A stretch of DNA of 64,000 nucleotides from Thermoplasmata archaeon. GTDB taxonomy: Archaea; Thermoplasmatota; Thermoplasmata; Lutacidiplasmatales; UBA184. This document shows, in pieces, positions 19,183-30,251 of this stretch. Position numbers and translations under genes: made by a program. Within the stretch, counting starts at the first letter, position 1. Every line of letters begins with the position of its first letter. The stretch covers positions 68,384 through 132,383 of the forward strand of contig DASRSV010000018.1 in assembly GCA_035656255.1 (NCBI GenBank), given 5' to 3'. A model generated the notes under the pieces. The model did not search any database. It saw nothing but the letters and a program-made list of their open reading frames with translations, and was not told where the DNA came from.

Positions 19183-19905
19183 GTGGGGACGGCGTACGCC
19201 ATCGACCGCATGGACTCGCGCAGCTTCGGGCACGCGCTCGCGGCAGGGCGGCTCCTCATCGTACCGGTCGGGGCGCTCGAAGCGCACGGGCCGCACCTGC
19301 CGCTGGGGGCGGATGCGATCCAGGCCCGGCGCACCGCGGACGAGCTGGCACCGTCGCTCGACGCACTGGTCGCCCCGGAGCTTCCGTACGGAAGCTGCCC
19401 CGGTGCCCGAGGATTCCCCGGCACGGTCTCGCTCTCGCCGGCGACGCTCCGGGAGTACGCACGGGAAGTGCTCGCCGAGTTCGCTCGGATGGGAGCGCGG
19501 CGGATCCTGGTCGTCTCGGGCCACGCGGAGCGCGGACACATGGCGGCCCTGCGTGACGCAGCATCGACGGTCATGACCGAGCATCCCCCCACCCGGATCG
19601 TCGTCCTCTCCGACTACGACTTCGTCTACGAACTCCGCGGCGAGCTCGCGCCCGCGACCGACGGGCACGCCGGCCTGCTCGAGACGTCGCGCGTGCTCGC
19701 GGTGGCCCCCGAGAGCGTCGGGCTCGATCGCCCGAAGGGGGCCTCGCGACGTTCGCCGTTCCTGCCCGGTTCTCCGTCCCCCGACGAGTGGCCCGAGAGC
19801 GTTCAGGGCGACACGACCTCCGCGTCGGTCGAGCTCGGGCAGAAGATCCACACGCACGTGCTCCGTCGGATCGAGGCGACGGTCCGTGAGCTGCTCCCGG
19901 CGTAG
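19183..19905 (+). CDS. creatininase-family amidohydrolase (ArfB-like)
   Basis: [23 protein letters not shown] and the family core. GTG start per track (TTAAATA at 19154-19160 sits ~25 nt upstream); ATG at 19210 is an alternative. Confidence 0.65.
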   Translation: MGTAYAIDRMDSRSFGHALAAGRLLIVPVGALEAHGPHLPLGADAIQARRTADELAPSLDALVAPELPYGSCPGARGFPGTVSLSPATLREYAREVLAEFARMGARRILVVSGHAERGHMAALRDAASTVMTEHPPTRIVVLSDYDFVYELRGELAPATDGHAGLLETSRVLAVAPESVGLDRPKGASRRSPFLPGSPSPDEWPESVQGDTTSASVELGQKIHTHVLRRIEATVRELLPA

Positions 19906-19917
19906 AGGCGACCGAAC

Positions 19918-22761
19918 GTGGACGGACCCTCGGACGCCATCCGCATCCGCGGCGCGCGGCAGCACAATCTCAAGAACCTCGACCTCGAGATCCCCCGGAA
20001 TCGGCTGACCGTCATCACCGGGGTGAGCGGCTCGGGGAAATCGTCGCTCGCCTTCGATACGCTGTACGCCGAGGGCCAGCGTCGCTACATCGAGAGCCTG
20101 AGCTCGTACGCGCGCCAGTTCCTCGGTCAGATGGACAAGCCGGACGTCGATGCGATCGAGGGGCTCTCCCCGGCGATCGCGATCGAGCAGCGCGCGGGGA
20201 GCCGCAACCCCCGGTCGACCGTCGGAACGGTCACGGAGATCTACGACTACCTGAGGCTCCTCTTCGCCCGGATCGGCGTCCCGCACTGCCCGAACGACGG
20301 GAGCGAGATCGCCCCGCAGAGCGTCGACAAGGTCGCGGAATCGGTCCAACGGAACGCGGCCGGGGAGAAGGTCGAGGTCCTCGCCCCCGTCGTGCGAGGG
20401 AAGAAGGGCGAGCACCGCGACACGATCGAGAGCCTCCGTAAGCAGGGGTACCGTCGGTTCCGGATCGACGGCGTCGAGGTGCGGCTGCCCGGCCAGGAGG
20501 TCCGCCTCGAGAAGAACAAGAAGCACACCGTCGAGGTCGCGGTCGACGCGTTCACGGTCGGCCCCGACGAGGCGACCCGGCTCGCGGAAGCGATCACCGT
20601 CGCCCGCGAACTCGCCGAGGGGCTCGTCATCGTGCGGCGCGCGAACGGGACGCGGGACACGTACTCGAGCCGGCGCGCGTGCCCTGTCTGTGGCTTCTCG
20701 ATGGCGGAGCTCACGCCGCGGATGTTCTCCTTCAACAGCCCGTTCGGCGCGTGCACCGAGTGCCTGGGCATCGGCGCCACGCTCCACGCGGACCCGGACC
20801 TCATCATCCCCGACCGGTCGAAGCCGCTCAAGAAGGCGGTGAGCGTCTTCGGCCTCACCCCGGAGGACGACGCGATCGAGCGGTTCGGCAAGCTGTTCGA
20901 CTACGCCCCGAGCCGCCCGGTGAGCGAGCTCAACGAGAAAGGGTGGAAGGCGCTGTTCTACGGCCACGACCGGCCGCTGAGCGCGAACCCCCGCTGGAAC
21001 CGCTTCTGGTGGGGCGGAGGGTGGCTCCGCGAGGGCCTCGCCGCGGCCGTGGAACGCCGGTGGAAGGCGGCAAAGTCGGAGCACCTGAAAGAGTACTACA
21101 TGGGATTCATGGCCTTCACACCGTGCCGCTCGTGCCACGGCAAGCGGCTCAAGCCCGAGAGCCTCGCCGTCACGGTGCTCGACCGGTCGATCGCCGACGT
21201 GGCGGCGATGACCGTCGACCGCTCGCTCGCGCTGTTCGACGGCCTCACGCTCGCGGAGCGGGACGAGGCGATCGTCGGGCGCGTCGTCCGCGAGGTGCGG
21301 GCGCGGCTCGGCTTCCTCGTCAACGTCGGCCTCAACTACATCACCCTCGACCGGGCGTCGGGGAGCCTCAGCGGGGGCGAGGCCGAGCGGATCGCGCTCG
21401 CCACGCAGATCGGCTCGGGGCTGGTCGGCGTGCTCTACATCCTCGACGAGCCGTCGATCGGGCTCCATCCGCGGGACCACGAGCGTCTCCTCTCGACGCT
21501 GAAGTCGCTGCGCGACCTCGGCAACACGCTCCTCGTCGTCGAGCACGACGAGATGACGATGCGGGCCGCGGACTGGCTCCTCGACCTGGGGCCGGGGGCC
21601 GGCGTGCACGGCGGGGAGCTGCTCTATGCCGGGCCTCCCGCGCGTGTCGGCTCCGCGCGGCGGTCGCTCACGGCCGACTACCTCACGGGCAAACGGGCGA
21701 TCGAGCCACCGGCCCAGCGCGTCGCGCCCGGCGACCGATGGCTCATCGTGCACGGGCCGCGCGAGAACAACCTCAAGGGCGAGGCGGTCCGGATCCCCCT
21801 CGGGACGCTGACCGCGCTCTCGGGCGTCTCGGGGAGCGGGAAGTCGACGCTCCTGGGGGAGATCGTCTACAAGGCGGTGCGCCGCCACCTCGGGCTCGGC
21901 AAGGAGCCGCCCGGCAAGCACGAGTTCATCGAGGGGATCGACCAGATCGACCGGGTCCTCCTGATCGATCAATCGGCGATCGGCCGGACGCCGCGGAGCA
22001 ACCCGGCGACGTACACCGGCCTCATGACGCCGATCCGCGAGCTGTTCGCCTCGCTCCCGGATGCGAAGGCGCGCGGGTTCGGGCCGGGACGGTTCAGCTT
22101 CAACGTCGCCGGCGGGCGCTGCGAGGTGTGCGAGGGGGACGGGGTCATCCGCTACGAGATGCACTTCCTGCCGGACGTCTACGTCGCGTGCGAGGAGTGC
22201 GGCGGGAAGCGGTTCAACACCGAGACGCTCGGGGTCCGGTTCAAGGGGAAGACGATCGCCGACGTCCTCGAGATGACGGTCGACGAGGCGCACGCCTTCT
22301 TCGCCAACCACCGTCGGATCGAGGGCCGGCTCGGGCTGCTCAAGGACGTCGGGCTCGGCTACATCCGGCTGGGCCAGAGCGCGACCACCCTCTCCGGCGG
22401 CGAGGCCCAGCGCGTCAAGATCGCGTTCGAACTCGCGAAGGTGCCGACGGGCCGGACCCTCTACCTCCTGGACGAGCCGACGACGGGGCTCCACTTCGAG
22501 GACGTCCGCCGTCTGCTCGAGGTCCTCCACCGGCTGCGGGAGGGGGGGAACACCGTCGTCGTCATCGAGCACAACCTGGACGTCCTCAAGTGCGCCGACT
22601 GGCTGATCGACCTCGGGCCCGAGGGCGGGGACGCCGGCGGCCACGTCATCGCGACCGGTCCGCCCGAGGCGGTCGCGACCGAGCGTCGCTCGTACACCGG
22701 CCAGTTCCTCGCTTCGTTGCTGGCCCGCACGGCCCGTCCCGTCGCCGTCCCGGCGCGATGA
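19918..22761 (+). CDS. uvrA: excinuclease ABC subunit A
   Basis: Two ABC modules ([12 protein letters not shown]..., LSGGEAQR), zinc fingers, 947 aa. Confidence 0.95.
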   Translation: MDGPSDAIRIRGARQHNLKNLDLEIPRNRLTVITGVSGSGKSSLAFDTLYAEGQRRYIESLSSYARQFLGQMDKPDVDAIEGLSPAIAIEQRAGSRNPRSTVGTVTEIYDYLRLLFARIGVPHCPNDGSEIAPQSVDKVAESVQRNAAGEKVEVLAPVVRGKKGEHRDTIESLRKQGYRRFRIDGVEVRLPGQEVRLEKNKKHTVEVAVDAFTVGPDEATRLAEAITVARELAEGLVIVRRANGTRDTYSSRRACPVCGFSMAELTPRMFSFNSPFGACTECLGIGATLHADPDLIIPDRSKPLKKAVSVFGLTPEDDAIERFGKLFDYAPSRPVSELNEKGWKALFYGHDRPLSANPRWNRFWWGGGWLREGLAAAVERRWKAAKSEHLKEYYMGFMAFTPCRSCHGKRLKPESLAVTVLDRSIADVAAMTVDRSLALFDGLTLAERDEAIVGRVVREVRARLGFLVNVGLNYITLDRASGSLSGGEAERIALATQIGSGLVGVLYILDEPSIGLHPRDHERLLSTLKSLRDLGNTLLVVEHDEMTMRAADWLLDLGPGAGVHGGELLYAGPPARVGSARRSLTADYLTGKRAIEPPAQRVAPGDRWLIVHGPRENNLKGEAVRIPLGTLTALSGVSGSGKSTLLGEIVYKAVRRHLGLGKEPPGKHEFIEGIDQIDRVLLIDQSAIGRTPRSNPATYTGLMTPIRELFASLPDAKARGFGPGRFSFNVAGGRCEVCEGDGVIRYEMHFLPDVYVACEECGGKRFNTETLGVRFKGKTIADVLEMTVDEAHAFFANHRRIEGRLGLLKDVGLGYIRLGQSATTLSGGEAQRVKIAFELAKVPTGRTLYLLDEPTTGLHFEDVRRLLEVLHRLREGGNTVVVIEHNLDVLKCADWLIDLGPEGGDAGGHVIATGPPEAVATERRSYTGQFLASLLARTARPVAVPAR

Positions 22762-24515
22762 CGCCGGAGGAGGCCCCCCTGCCGGGGTTCGTCCCGGCGA
22801 GCCAGCTCGTCGCCGAGCGGGGGGAGGGGTTCCGTTCCGGTCCGGATGTGCCGGGCGTCTACCTGTTCCGCTCGCGGCGCGGGGAGGTCGTCTACGTCGG
22901 GAAGGCGCGCAGCCTCCGCAAGCGGGTCCTGAGCCACCTGAACGCCCGCGTCGAGAAGGACGGGTCGATCCTCGCCGAGAGCGCGAGCGTCGAGTTCGTG
23001 CCGACCGCGAACGAGCGGGAGGCGCTCCTGCTCGAGGCGAGCCTGATCCGTCAGTACCAGCCCCGGTACAACGCGCTCCTCAAGGACGACCGCAGCTACC
23101 CGTACCTCGCGGTCACCCTCGGCGAGGAGTTCCCGCGGGTCCTCTTCGTCCGGCGGCCCCGCAAGGGGTCGCGGAGCCTGCTGTTCGGTCCGTACACGAG
23201 CGCCCGGGAAGCCCGGAGCGTCGCGATCTTCCTCGCCGAGACGTTCCAGATCCGGCGGTGCGTCCGCCTCCCCCCGCGCGCCTGCCTCTACTACTACCTC
23301 AAGACGTGCAGCGCCCCGTGCATCGGGGCGATCGGCGCGACCGCCTACCGCGCGCGCGTCGACCAGGCGCTCGAGGTGCTGAAGGGGCGCGGCGTCACGG
23401 TCCGTCCCGCGCTCGAGGAGGAGATGCGCGCAGCCGCGCGCGCCCAGGAGTTCGAGCGCGCGGCGCTCCTTCGGGACGCGCTCGCGGGCCTCACCGCGCT
23501 GCGCGAGCGTCAGAGCGTGGTCGGTCCCGGCCACGGCCGGTCCGACGTGATCGCGCTCGCGTTCCCGACCGACCCCGGGGTGCTCCGCGTGGCGGTCGGC
23601 CTGATCCACGTCGAGGAAGGCGAGGTGCGCCGGACCGAGCCGCACCTCCTCACGCTGCCGGCGGACGACGCCCCCGACGCCGGCGAGCTCCTCCGCCAGT
23701 TCCTGGTCCAGTACTACGCTCCGCAGGTCGAACGGCCCGAGCGCCTCTACATCGAGGGCCCGCGCCCGGACGGGATCGACGAGACGGTCGACTGGCTCGA
23801 AGGGGAGCTCGGCATCGAGGTGCGGTTCCGCCCGACGGGCCGCGCCGCCGGATGGGGGCGGCTCGCGGAGCGGCTCGCGCGGGCGCACGTCGAACAGGTG
23901 GTCGTGAAGCGACCGCCGCGCGAGGTCCTGGTCGCCCTCCAGAACCTGCTCCAGCTCCCCACGCTCCCGAACCGGATCGAGGGGATCGACATCTCGATCT
24001 TCCAGGGGTACGAGGCGGTCGGCTCGCTCGTCGTCTTCCAGGGGGGGGCGGCGGCGAAGGACGAGTACCGCCGGTTCCGGATCCGCACCGTCGAGGGGAC
24101 GAACGACTTCGCGATGATCGGGGAGGTCGTCCGGCGCCGCTATGCGCGGCGCCTCCGCGAGGAGGAGATCCTCCCCGACCTCCTCCTAATCGACGGCGGA
24201 CGCGGCCAGGTCGCCGCCGCGCTCGAGGCGCTGACCGAGCTCGGGCTCGAGGAGCGGGTGCCGATCGTCGGCCTGGCGAAGCGGGAGGAGGAGCTCTACC
24301 TTCCCGACGAAGCCGTTCCCCGCAAGCCGAACGTCAACGCGCCGCCGGTGCTGCTGCTGCGCGCGGTCCGCGATGAGGCCCACCGGTTCGCGGTCATCTA
24401 CCACCGCACGCGCCGGCGGATCCGGCTGCGGGACGAGGTCGAGGAGGCCGCCCGGCGGCCGTCCCTCTCCGCGCCTACTTGGCGGAAGGCTTCTGTCGTT
24501 CTGCGGTCCCGATGA
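22758..24515 (+). CDS. uvrC: excinuclease ABC subunit C
   Basis: GIY-YIG N-terminus (GVYLFRSRRGEVVYVGKARSLRKR...YNALLKDD), UvrBC-interaction region, RNase H-like/HhH C-terminus. ATG at 22758 overlaps the uvrA stop (ATGA). Found inside the 1278-aa track ORF 20679..24515. Confidence 0.9.
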   Translation: MTPEEAPLPGFVPASQLVAERGEGFRSGPDVPGVYLFRSRRGEVVYVGKARSLRKRVLSHLNARVEKDGSILAESASVEFVPTANEREALLLEASLIRQYQPRYNALLKDDRSYPYLAVTLGEEFPRVLFVRRPRKGSRSLLFGPYTSAREARSVAIFLAETFQIRRCVRLPPRACLYYYLKTCSAPCIGAIGATAYRARVDQALEVLKGRGVTVRPALEEEMRAAARAQEFERAALLRDALAGLTALRERQSVVGPGHGRSDVIALAFPTDPGVLRVAVGLIHVEEGEVRRTEPHLLTLPADDAPDAGELLRQFLVQYYAPQVERPERLYIEGPRPDGIDETVDWLEGELGIEVRFRPTGRAAGWGRLAERLARAHVEQVVVKRPPREVLVALQNLLQLPTLPNRIEGIDISIFQGYEAVGSLVVFQGGAAAKDEYRRFRIRTVEGTNDFAMIGEVVRRRYARRLREEEILPDLLLIDGGRGQVAAALEALTELGLEERVPIVGLAKREEELYLPDEAVPRKPNVNAPPVLLLRAVRDEAHRFAVIYHRTRRRIRLRDEVEEAARRPSLSAPTWRKASVVLRSR

Positions 24516-25236
24516 ACGAAAGACCGCTCACGCGGCGGGCGACCTCGGCCCCGGTCAAGTGGCGGAGGTCGGTCCCGGGCTCAAGGATCGCGACGTCGAG
24601 CGCCTCGGCGGGGAAGGGCGTCGGGGACCCCTCGGCGACCGCATTGACGGCGAGCTTGAAGGCGGCCTCCTGGTCGCGATGCTCGCCGATCTTCTCCTCG
24701 AGGTAGTCCGCGACCGCGCGGCGGTTGCGGCCGATCGCATAGGCGCGCCAGCCGATCGTCGCGCCGCTCGGGTCGAGCTCGAGCAGGCCCGGCCCGTTCT
24801 CCCCGAAGCCGCCCAGGAGGAGGGAGACCGCGAACGGTCGTGTCCCCCCGAACTGGGTGAACTGCTGGAGGAGCGCGCCCAAGGCGTGGCCGAGGAGTCC
24901 GAACGGAGCCGGCTCGCCGTAGAGGATCCGGTGGCGCTGGGCTTCGACGCGAAGGAACTCCACGAGCACCCGGGAGTCCGCGATGAGGCCGGCCGTCACA
25001 CAGCCGAGCCCGGTGTCCAGGGCGAACGTCTTCTCGATCGAACCCGCTTCGGCGAGGCTGCTCACCGGCAGGTTGCGGTAGGCGACGAAGACGACCCCGT
25101 TGTCGTAGGTGACCGCGACCGCGGTCCCGCCCATTTGGATCGCCTGCAGGGCGTACTCGACCTGGAACAGCCGCCCGTCCGGCGAAAAGACGGTGCTCGC
25201 ACGGTCGTAGGCCATTTGGCCCGGTTGCATTTCCAT
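24475..25236 (-). CDS. psmA: proteasome subunit alpha
   Basis: QMAYDRASTVFSPDGRLFQVEYA... Canonical archaeal 20S alpha N-terminus. Confidence 0.93.
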   Translation of the reverse strand: MEMQPGQMAYDRASTVFSPDGRLFQVEYALQAIQMGGTAVAVTYDNGVVFVAYRNLPVSSLAEAGSIEKTFALDTGLGCVTAGLIADSRVLVEFLRVEAQRHRILYGEPAPFGLLGHALGALLQQFTQFGGTRPFAVSLLLGGFGENGPGLLELDPSGATIGWRAYAIGRNRRAVADYLEEKIGEHRDQEAAFKLAVNAVAEGSPTPFPAEALDVAILEPGTDLRHLTGAEVARRVSGLSFIGTAERQKPSAK

Positions 25237-25446
25237 GCGCGGTATCTCCCCTGAAGCGCGCGGGCGAGCAAGGTCGGGGATTTAGCGCCGACGCCCGTGC
25301 AGGCGTCCGGTTCACCACGTAGCCCCCGTTCCCCGTCGATTCTCCCCGCCCGGGCGGCGCGGCGCCCGGCCGGCGCGGCGCGGAACCGTCTTACCTCCCC
25401 CCACTCCGCGGCGGACGTGGCGGCGCCCAGCCTCCAATTGCTTCCG

Positions 25447-26553
25447 ATGGCCTCCAGCCACCGGGGCGCCCTCTCACCGGCCTGCGCCCAGTGCGCGGAA
25501 GGACGGAAGATGGTCCTGTTCGTGACCGGGCTCTGCCGGTTCCGCTGCTTCTACTGCCCGGTCTCCGAGCGCCGGAACCAGAAGGATGTCGTCTACGCGA
25601 ACGAGCGTCGAGTCGAATCGGACGCCGACGTCCTCGACGAAGCGCGAGCGATCGGGGCGTCGGGCACCGGCATCACGGGCGGCGATCCGTTGGGCGTGAT
25701 CGACCGGACCGAGCACTACGTTCGACTCCTCAAGGGCGCCTTCGGCACCGAGCACAACATCCACCTCTACACCCACGAACCGAACGCCGAGAAGCTCGAG
25801 CGCCTCGCCCGGGCGGGGCTCGACGAGTTCCGTCTCCACATCCCGCACTACCTGTGGGGGCCCCTCGCGTCCGACGGGGGGGCGTACCGCGCGCTCCTCG
25901 AGTCGGCGCCGTCGTGGGGGATCCGCCGCGGGGTCGAGATCCCCGTGCTGCCGGAGAAGGAGCTGGAGCTCCGCTCCCTGCTACGGAGCCTCGAGCAGAT
26001 CGGCGTCGACTTCGTGAACCTGAACGAGCTCGAGTTCTCAGAGACGAACGAGCGGAACCTGATCGGTCGCGGATACCGGGGGCGGATCGGGGAGGACTGG
26101 AGCGTCGAAGGGAGCCGCGAGGTCGCCGCCCGCATCGTCCGCGAGCTCCGGCTTTCGATCCCGATCCACTACTGCTCGTCCGGATTCAAAGATGGCATCC
26201 AATTGAGGCAGCGACTGTTGCGCCGCGCCGAGCGGCGGGCTCCCGCGTTCGCCCGTCCCACCGACGACGGTACCGTGGTGTTCGGGATCGTCGAGGCTCC
26301 GCTCCGTGGGTCGCTCCCGCGGCTCGGCGCGAAGGTCGCCCGACGGCTCGGCCTCACGGCGGACGACTACCGCCTCGACCTTCGACGGCGACGGGTCGAG
26401 CTCGATCCCGAGCTCCTCCGGCGCGTCGCGGGCTCGCTGCGTGAGCCGGCGTTCGTCGTTGAGGAGTATCCGACGGCCGACGCGCTCGAGGTCGAGCGGG
26501 AGCCGCTCAACGGCGCGGCGTTCCCCGGCCACGTGCGGACGGGCGGGACGTAG
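25447..26553 (+). CDS. radical SAM domain protein
   Basis: CRFRCFYCP is a CxxxCxxC cluster, followed by a Gly-rich SAM-binding region. Start set at the internal ATG (MASSHRG...); the track ORF begins at 25297. Confidence 0.6.
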   Translation: MASSHRGALSPACAQCAEGRKMVLFVTGLCRFRCFYCPVSERRNQKDVVYANERRVESDADVLDEARAIGASGTGITGGDPLGVIDRTEHYVRLLKGAFGTEHNIHLYTHEPNAEKLERLARAGLDEFRLHIPHYLWGPLASDGGAYRALLESAPSWGIRRGVEIPVLPEKELELRSLLRSLEQIGVDFVNLNELEFSETNERNLIGRGYRGRIGEDWSVEGSREVAARIVRELRLSIPIHYCSSGFKDGIQLRQRLLRRAERRAPAFARPTDDGTVVFGIVEAPLRGSLPRLGAKVARRLGLTADDYRLDLRRRRVELDPELLRRVAGSLREPAFVVEEYPTADALEVEREPLNGAAFPGHVRTGGT

Positions 26554-26732
26554 CCCTCGTCGCACGGGTGCGAGCCGTGCGTCAGATACCGCTCATCGCC
26601 CCGGCGATGCTTGATCGAACACGGTCCCCAGCCGGCATCTTCCGCCCCGTACCACATCGGGCAGTCGCGGCAGTGAAGGTCGGACGGCGGGGCGTCGGAC
26701 GTCGGGCGCGCGCGGCGCCCGGGGGTGCTCAT
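26367..26732 (-). CDS. small Cys4 (zinc-binding?) protein translationally coupled to folD; C-terminal extent doubtful
   Basis: Its ATG overlaps the folD TGA (ATGA). N-terminal ~60 aa has CRDCPMWYG...GPCSIKH...HPCDEGY. The distal low-complexity part overlaps the 3' end of the radical SAM gene antisense. Confidence 0.3.
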   Translation of the reverse strand: MSTPGRRARPTSDAPPSDLHCRDCPMWYGAEDAGWGPCSIKHRRGDERYLTHGSHPCDEGYVPPVRTWPGNAAPLSGSRSTSSASAVGYSSTTNAGSRSEPATRRRSSGSSSTRRRRRSRR

Positions 26733-27646
26733 CGCGTGGAGTCCCCCCCGTGAAGGAGCTCCCACCCATGGACGACGTTCGCCATGAGCTCGGCGACCGT
26801 GACGGGACCGACGCCCCCCGGCACGGGGGTGATGGCGGACGCCCAACCTTCCAGCGAGGCCGCGTCGGCGTCGCCGGCGGCGCGGGTTCCGGACGGACGG
26901 GACGCGTCCGGGACGCTGCTGAGCCCTACGTCGACCACGACGACGCCCTCCGGGACGTGTTCGCGCGTCAGGAAGTTCGGTTGGCCGATCCCGACGAAGA
27001 CGATCTCCACGTTCGCGAGCGCGGTCTTGAGAGGGCCGCTCTGTGAGTGAACGAGGGTCACCGACGCGTTCCCGGGGGTTTCCTTGCCTGACGCGAGGAG
27101 CGCGATCGGAAGGCCCACCGTGGGGGAGCGGCCGACCACGCCGACGCGGCGACCCGCGATCGGGATGCCGTGGTACCGAAGGATCTCGAGGCTCGCCAGC
27201 GCGACGGCCGGGACCTGGAGCGGTCGACCGATCAACAGGTAGCCGAGATTGATCGCGCCGACCCCGTCCGTATCCTTCTCGGGACGGAGCTCCGAGACCG
27301 CGCCATCGAAATCCATCTCGGGCGGGAGCGGGTGCTCGACGAGGACCGCATCGACCTCGGGGTCCGCGTTCAGAGCCCGCATTCGCCCGCGCAGCTCCCC
27401 CGCCGGGACGTCACGGGCCAGGGCCTCCGCGCGGAATGTGAACCCGCACGCTCGGGCGGCTTTCTCCTGCTGCCGCGCGTAGAACCGGAACGGGGACGAC
27501 GGGACGTCGCGGAAGAGGCTCACGAGCGAAGGGCGGCGGTGCCCCCGACCGCGGCCCGCCTCCACCCTCGCTCGGACTCGGTCGAGGATGGCGTCCGAGA
27601 CGGGGAGGCCAGAGAGCCGACGCACCGTGTAGCCCTCGCCGTCCAA
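26729..27646 (-). CDS. folD: bifunctional 5,10-methylene-THF dehydrogenase/cyclohydrolase
   Basis: FolD fold with VGRSPTVGLPIALLL, TLVHSQS and PGGVGPVTVAELM motifs. Confidence 0.88.
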   Translation of the reverse strand: MDGEGYTVRRLSGLPVSDAILDRVRARVEAGRGRGHRRPSLVSLFRDVPSSPFRFYARQQEKAARACGFTFRAEALARDVPAGELRGRMRALNADPEVDAVLVEHPLPPEMDFDGAVSELRPEKDTDGVGAINLGYLLIGRPLQVPAVALASLEILRYHGIPIAGRRVGVVGRSPTVGLPIALLASGKETPGNASVTLVHSQSGPLKTALANVEIVFVGIGQPNFLTREHVPEGVVVVDVGLSSVPDASRPSGTRAAGDADAASLEGWASAITPVPGGVGPVTVAELMANVVHGWELLHGGDSTR

Positions 27647-27910
27647 TGGAGAACGGCGGGTTATTAACCACGGGTCGGCCGGACCTGGGTAGGATCAGCG
27701 CGGTCACCGGACGAGCGCCCCTCGGGCTTCGCGCCAGCGCCGCGGGTCAGGGGCCGGTTCCGCGGATTCATGGTGTCCGGTCGCCCAGGTGAAGGAGTCG
27801 TTCGCGGAGGATTATGAGCCCGACCCGCGTCTCCGGGCCGAACGAGTCCCCTCGTGAACGGGAATCGACGGCGAAGTTACCTCGAGCGGCGGAATCCTCG
27901 CCATAAGGAT

Positions 27911-27916
27911 TTATAC
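27911..27916 (+). promoter_or_regulatory. TATA-like box (TTTATA) with purine-rich BRE-like AAGGA upstream of lonB
   Basis: CCATAAGGATTTATACGG about 70 nt upstream of the lonB ATG. The most AT-rich element of the 341-nt divergent folD/lonB spacer. Confidence 0.35.
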
Positions 27917-27986
27917 GGAGGTCCACTTTGAATTCCTTGGCGAGCGGGCCGCGGCCCGTCATGGACTTCGGCCTTTTCGCTCTACC

Positions 27987-29990
27987 ATGACCGAACCGAC
28001 CGCGGAACCCTCGGAGTCCCCCGCTCCGAGCAATCTCGACGCGTGGGCGAGCGCGCTCCCGTACGAGACGACCGCGAACGTCGAGGTCCCTCCGCGACTC
28101 CTCGACCAGGTGATCGGTCAGGACGAGGCCGTCGAGGTCGCGAAGAAGGCCGCGACCCAGAAGCGGCACATGATCCTGATCGGCGAACCGGGGACGGGCA
28201 AGAGCATGCTCGCCCGCTCGATGGTCGACTTCCTGCCCCGGGAGCAGCTGCAGGACATCCTCGCCTATCCGAACACCGACGACCCGAACGAGCCGAAGAT
28301 CCGCGTCGTGCCGGCGGGCAAGGGCAAGGAGATCGTCGCCGCCCAGAAGCTCGAGGCGGCGCAGAAGAAGGAGCAGCGGATGGTCTTCCTCTTCGTCGCG
28401 ATCTTCGTCGTCGTCGGGATCACGGCGTACGCCGTCGTGACGAACCCGCGCGACTTCACGCCGGTCCTGATCGCGTTCCTGATCATCCTGGTGATCTACT
28501 TCCTGTTCCGGTTGAGCATCGGCCGGACCGACACCGGGCCGGGGGTCGCGAAGCTCCTGGTCGCGCACGCGCCCGACGAGAAGCCACCGTTCATCGACGC
28601 CACCGGGGCGCATGCTGGAGCGCTCCTGGGGGACGTGAAGCACGACCCGTTCCAGTCGGGCGGCCTCGAGACGCCGCCGCACGAGCGGGTCGAGGTCGGC
28701 GCGATCCACAAGGCGAACGGCGGGGTCCTCTTCGTCGACGAGATCAACCTGCTCAAGATCGAGAGCCAGCACTCGCTCCTGACCGCGCTCCAGGAGCGGA
28801 AGTTCCCGATCGTGGGCCAGTCCGAGCGGTCGGCCGGTGCGATGGTGAAGACCGAGCCGGTCCCGGCCGACTTCGTCCTGGTCGCGGCCGGCAACGTCGA
28901 CAGCGTCCAGGCGATGCATCCCGCGCTCCGCTCGCGGATCCGAGGGTACGGCTACGAGCTGTACGTCAAGACGACGATGCTCGACACGGACGAGAACCGG
29001 ATGAAGATCGTCCGGTTCGTCGCCCAGGAGGTCGTGAAGGACAAGAAGATCGCCCATTTCGACATGGGCGCGGTCACCGAGGTCATCCGTGAGGCGCAGC
29101 GGCGCAGCGGCCGCAGCGGCCAGCTCACCCTCAGACTCCGCGAGCTCGGCGGGCTCGTCCGCGTCGCGGGCGACATTGCGAACTCCGAGGGGGCCCGGCT
29201 CGTGACCGCCCACCACGTCGTGCGGGCGAAGCGCTCGAGCCGCTCGCTCGAGCAGCAGATCGCCGACCGATACATCGAGCGGAGGAAGGAGTACCGGATG
29301 TTCGCGACCGACGGCGCCGCTGTGGGCGTCGTGAACGGCCTGGCGGCCATCAACGCGCAGACGGGGATGGCGGAGTTCTCCGGGATCGTCCTCCCGATCG
29401 TCGCCGAGGTGACGCCCGCCCAGACGAAGGACGGCGGGGTCGTGGTGGCGACGGGCAAGCTCGGGGAGATCGCACGGGAGGCCGTGCAGAACGTGAGCGC
29501 CCTGATCAAGAAGTACACCGGCGAGGACATCTCGCGCTACGACATCCACATCCAGTTCGTCGGGACGTCCGACGGCGTTGAGGGCGACAGCGCCTCGGTC
29601 TCGATCGCCACCGCCGTGATCAGCGCCCTCGAAGGGGTCCCGGTCGACCAGTCGGTCGCGATGACCGGCTCGCTCTCCGTCCGCGGCCAGGTCCTGCCGG
29701 TCGGTGGGGTGACCGCGAAGGTCGAGGCGGCGGCCGACTCGGGCCTCCGCCGCGTCCTGATCCCCGAGGACAACCGCGACGACCTCGTCCTCGAGGCGCG
29801 GTACCGCGGGGGGATCGAGGTGATCCCCGTACGCACGCTCCGGGACGTGCTCAAGTACGCCTTGGTCGGCGCGGGGTCGAAGAAGGAGTCGCTCCTCGAG
29901 CGGCTCGCCGCGATGGTCCGGGCGACCGACCGCACGATGAACCCGGAGGGCGCCCTTAAAGGCCCGCCGGGACAACCGGCGGGGTCGTGA
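27987..29990 (+). CDS. lonB: archaeal membrane-bound Lon protease (LonB)
   Basis: AAA+ module (GEPGTGKS) interrupted by two TM helices. Protease domain with DGDSAS (catalytic Ser) and KVEAA (Lys). No LAN domain. Confidence 0.92.
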   Translation: MTEPTAEPSESPAPSNLDAWASALPYETTANVEVPPRLLDQVIGQDEAVEVAKKAATQKRHMILIGEPGTGKSMLARSMVDFLPREQLQDILAYPNTDDPNEPKIRVVPAGKGKEIVAAQKLEAAQKKEQRMVFLFVAIFVVVGITAYAVVTNPRDFTPVLIAFLIILVIYFLFRLSIGRTDTGPGVAKLLVAHAPDEKPPFIDATGAHAGALLGDVKHDPFQSGGLETPPHERVEVGAIHKANGGVLFVDEINLLKIESQHSLLTALQERKFPIVGQSERSAGAMVKTEPVPADFVLVAAGNVDSVQAMHPALRSRIRGYGYELYVKTTMLDTDENRMKIVRFVAQEVVKDKKIAHFDMGAVTEVIREAQRRSGRSGQLTLRLRELGGLVRVAGDIANSEGARLVTAHHVVRAKRSSRSLEQQIADRYIERRKEYRMFATDGAAVGVVNGLAAINAQTGMAEFSGIVLPIVAEVTPAQTKDGGVVVATGKLGEIAREAVQNVSALIKKYTGEDISRYDIHIQFVGTSDGVEGDSASVSIATAVISALEGVPVDQSVAMTGSLSVRGQVLPVGGVTAKVEAAADSGLRRVLIPEDNRDDLVLEARYRGGIEVIPVRTLRDVLKYALVGAGSKKESLLERLAAMVRATDRTMNPEGALKGPPGQPAGS

Positions 29991-30226
29991 GGGGCGCGCC
30001 CCGGACCGCCCACCCCCGTCGACCGGGCTCCCCGTTCGCGCCGGCGGCCCGCGAGGAGGAGACGGACGAGAACCGGTTCATCGGCCGCGAGTGCTACGTC
30101 TTCAACCCGCAGCTCCGCTCGAACCTGAACGACACCCGGTGCAGCCACTGCCGCTTCTACCTGACGGCGAAGTGCCCGCACATCGACGAGTTCCTCGACG
30201 ACGTCGAGGACCTGATGCCCGACTAG
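29987..30226 (+). CDS. small Cys-containing hypothetical protein coupled to lonB
   Basis: GTG overlaps the lonB TGA (GTGA). 79 aa with CYVF...[14 protein letters not shown] and an acidic C-terminus. Confidence 0.35.
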   Translation: MRGAPRTAHPRRPGSPFAPAAREEETDENRFIGRECYVFNPQLRSNLNDTRCSHCRFYLTAKCPHIDEFLDDVEDLMPD

Positions 30227-30251
30227 CGGAGCGTTCGCGGTCGAGGGTCGC

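Noticed and set aside
19138-22644. 1168-aa minus-strand ORF
   Set aside because: Antisense to uvrA and the creatininase-family gene. The translation is Arg/Pro/Asp-rich with no motifs. The opposite strand has unambiguous UvrA homology.
20679-24515. 1278-aa plus-strand ORF
   Set aside because: A chimaera. The first ~690 codons are an alternative frame of uvrA (junk translation). Only the part from the ATG at 22758 is real, namely uvrC.
27647-27986. Imperfect long-range inverted repeat GCGGGTC...GACCCGC in the folD/lonB divergent spacer, considered as a possible structured RNA or tRNA
   Set aside because: Could not be folded into a tRNA cloverleaf or any recognisable RNA family by eye. More likely promoter/5'UTR sequence.
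27768-29975. 735-aa minus-strand ORF
   Set aside because: Antisense shadow of lonB.
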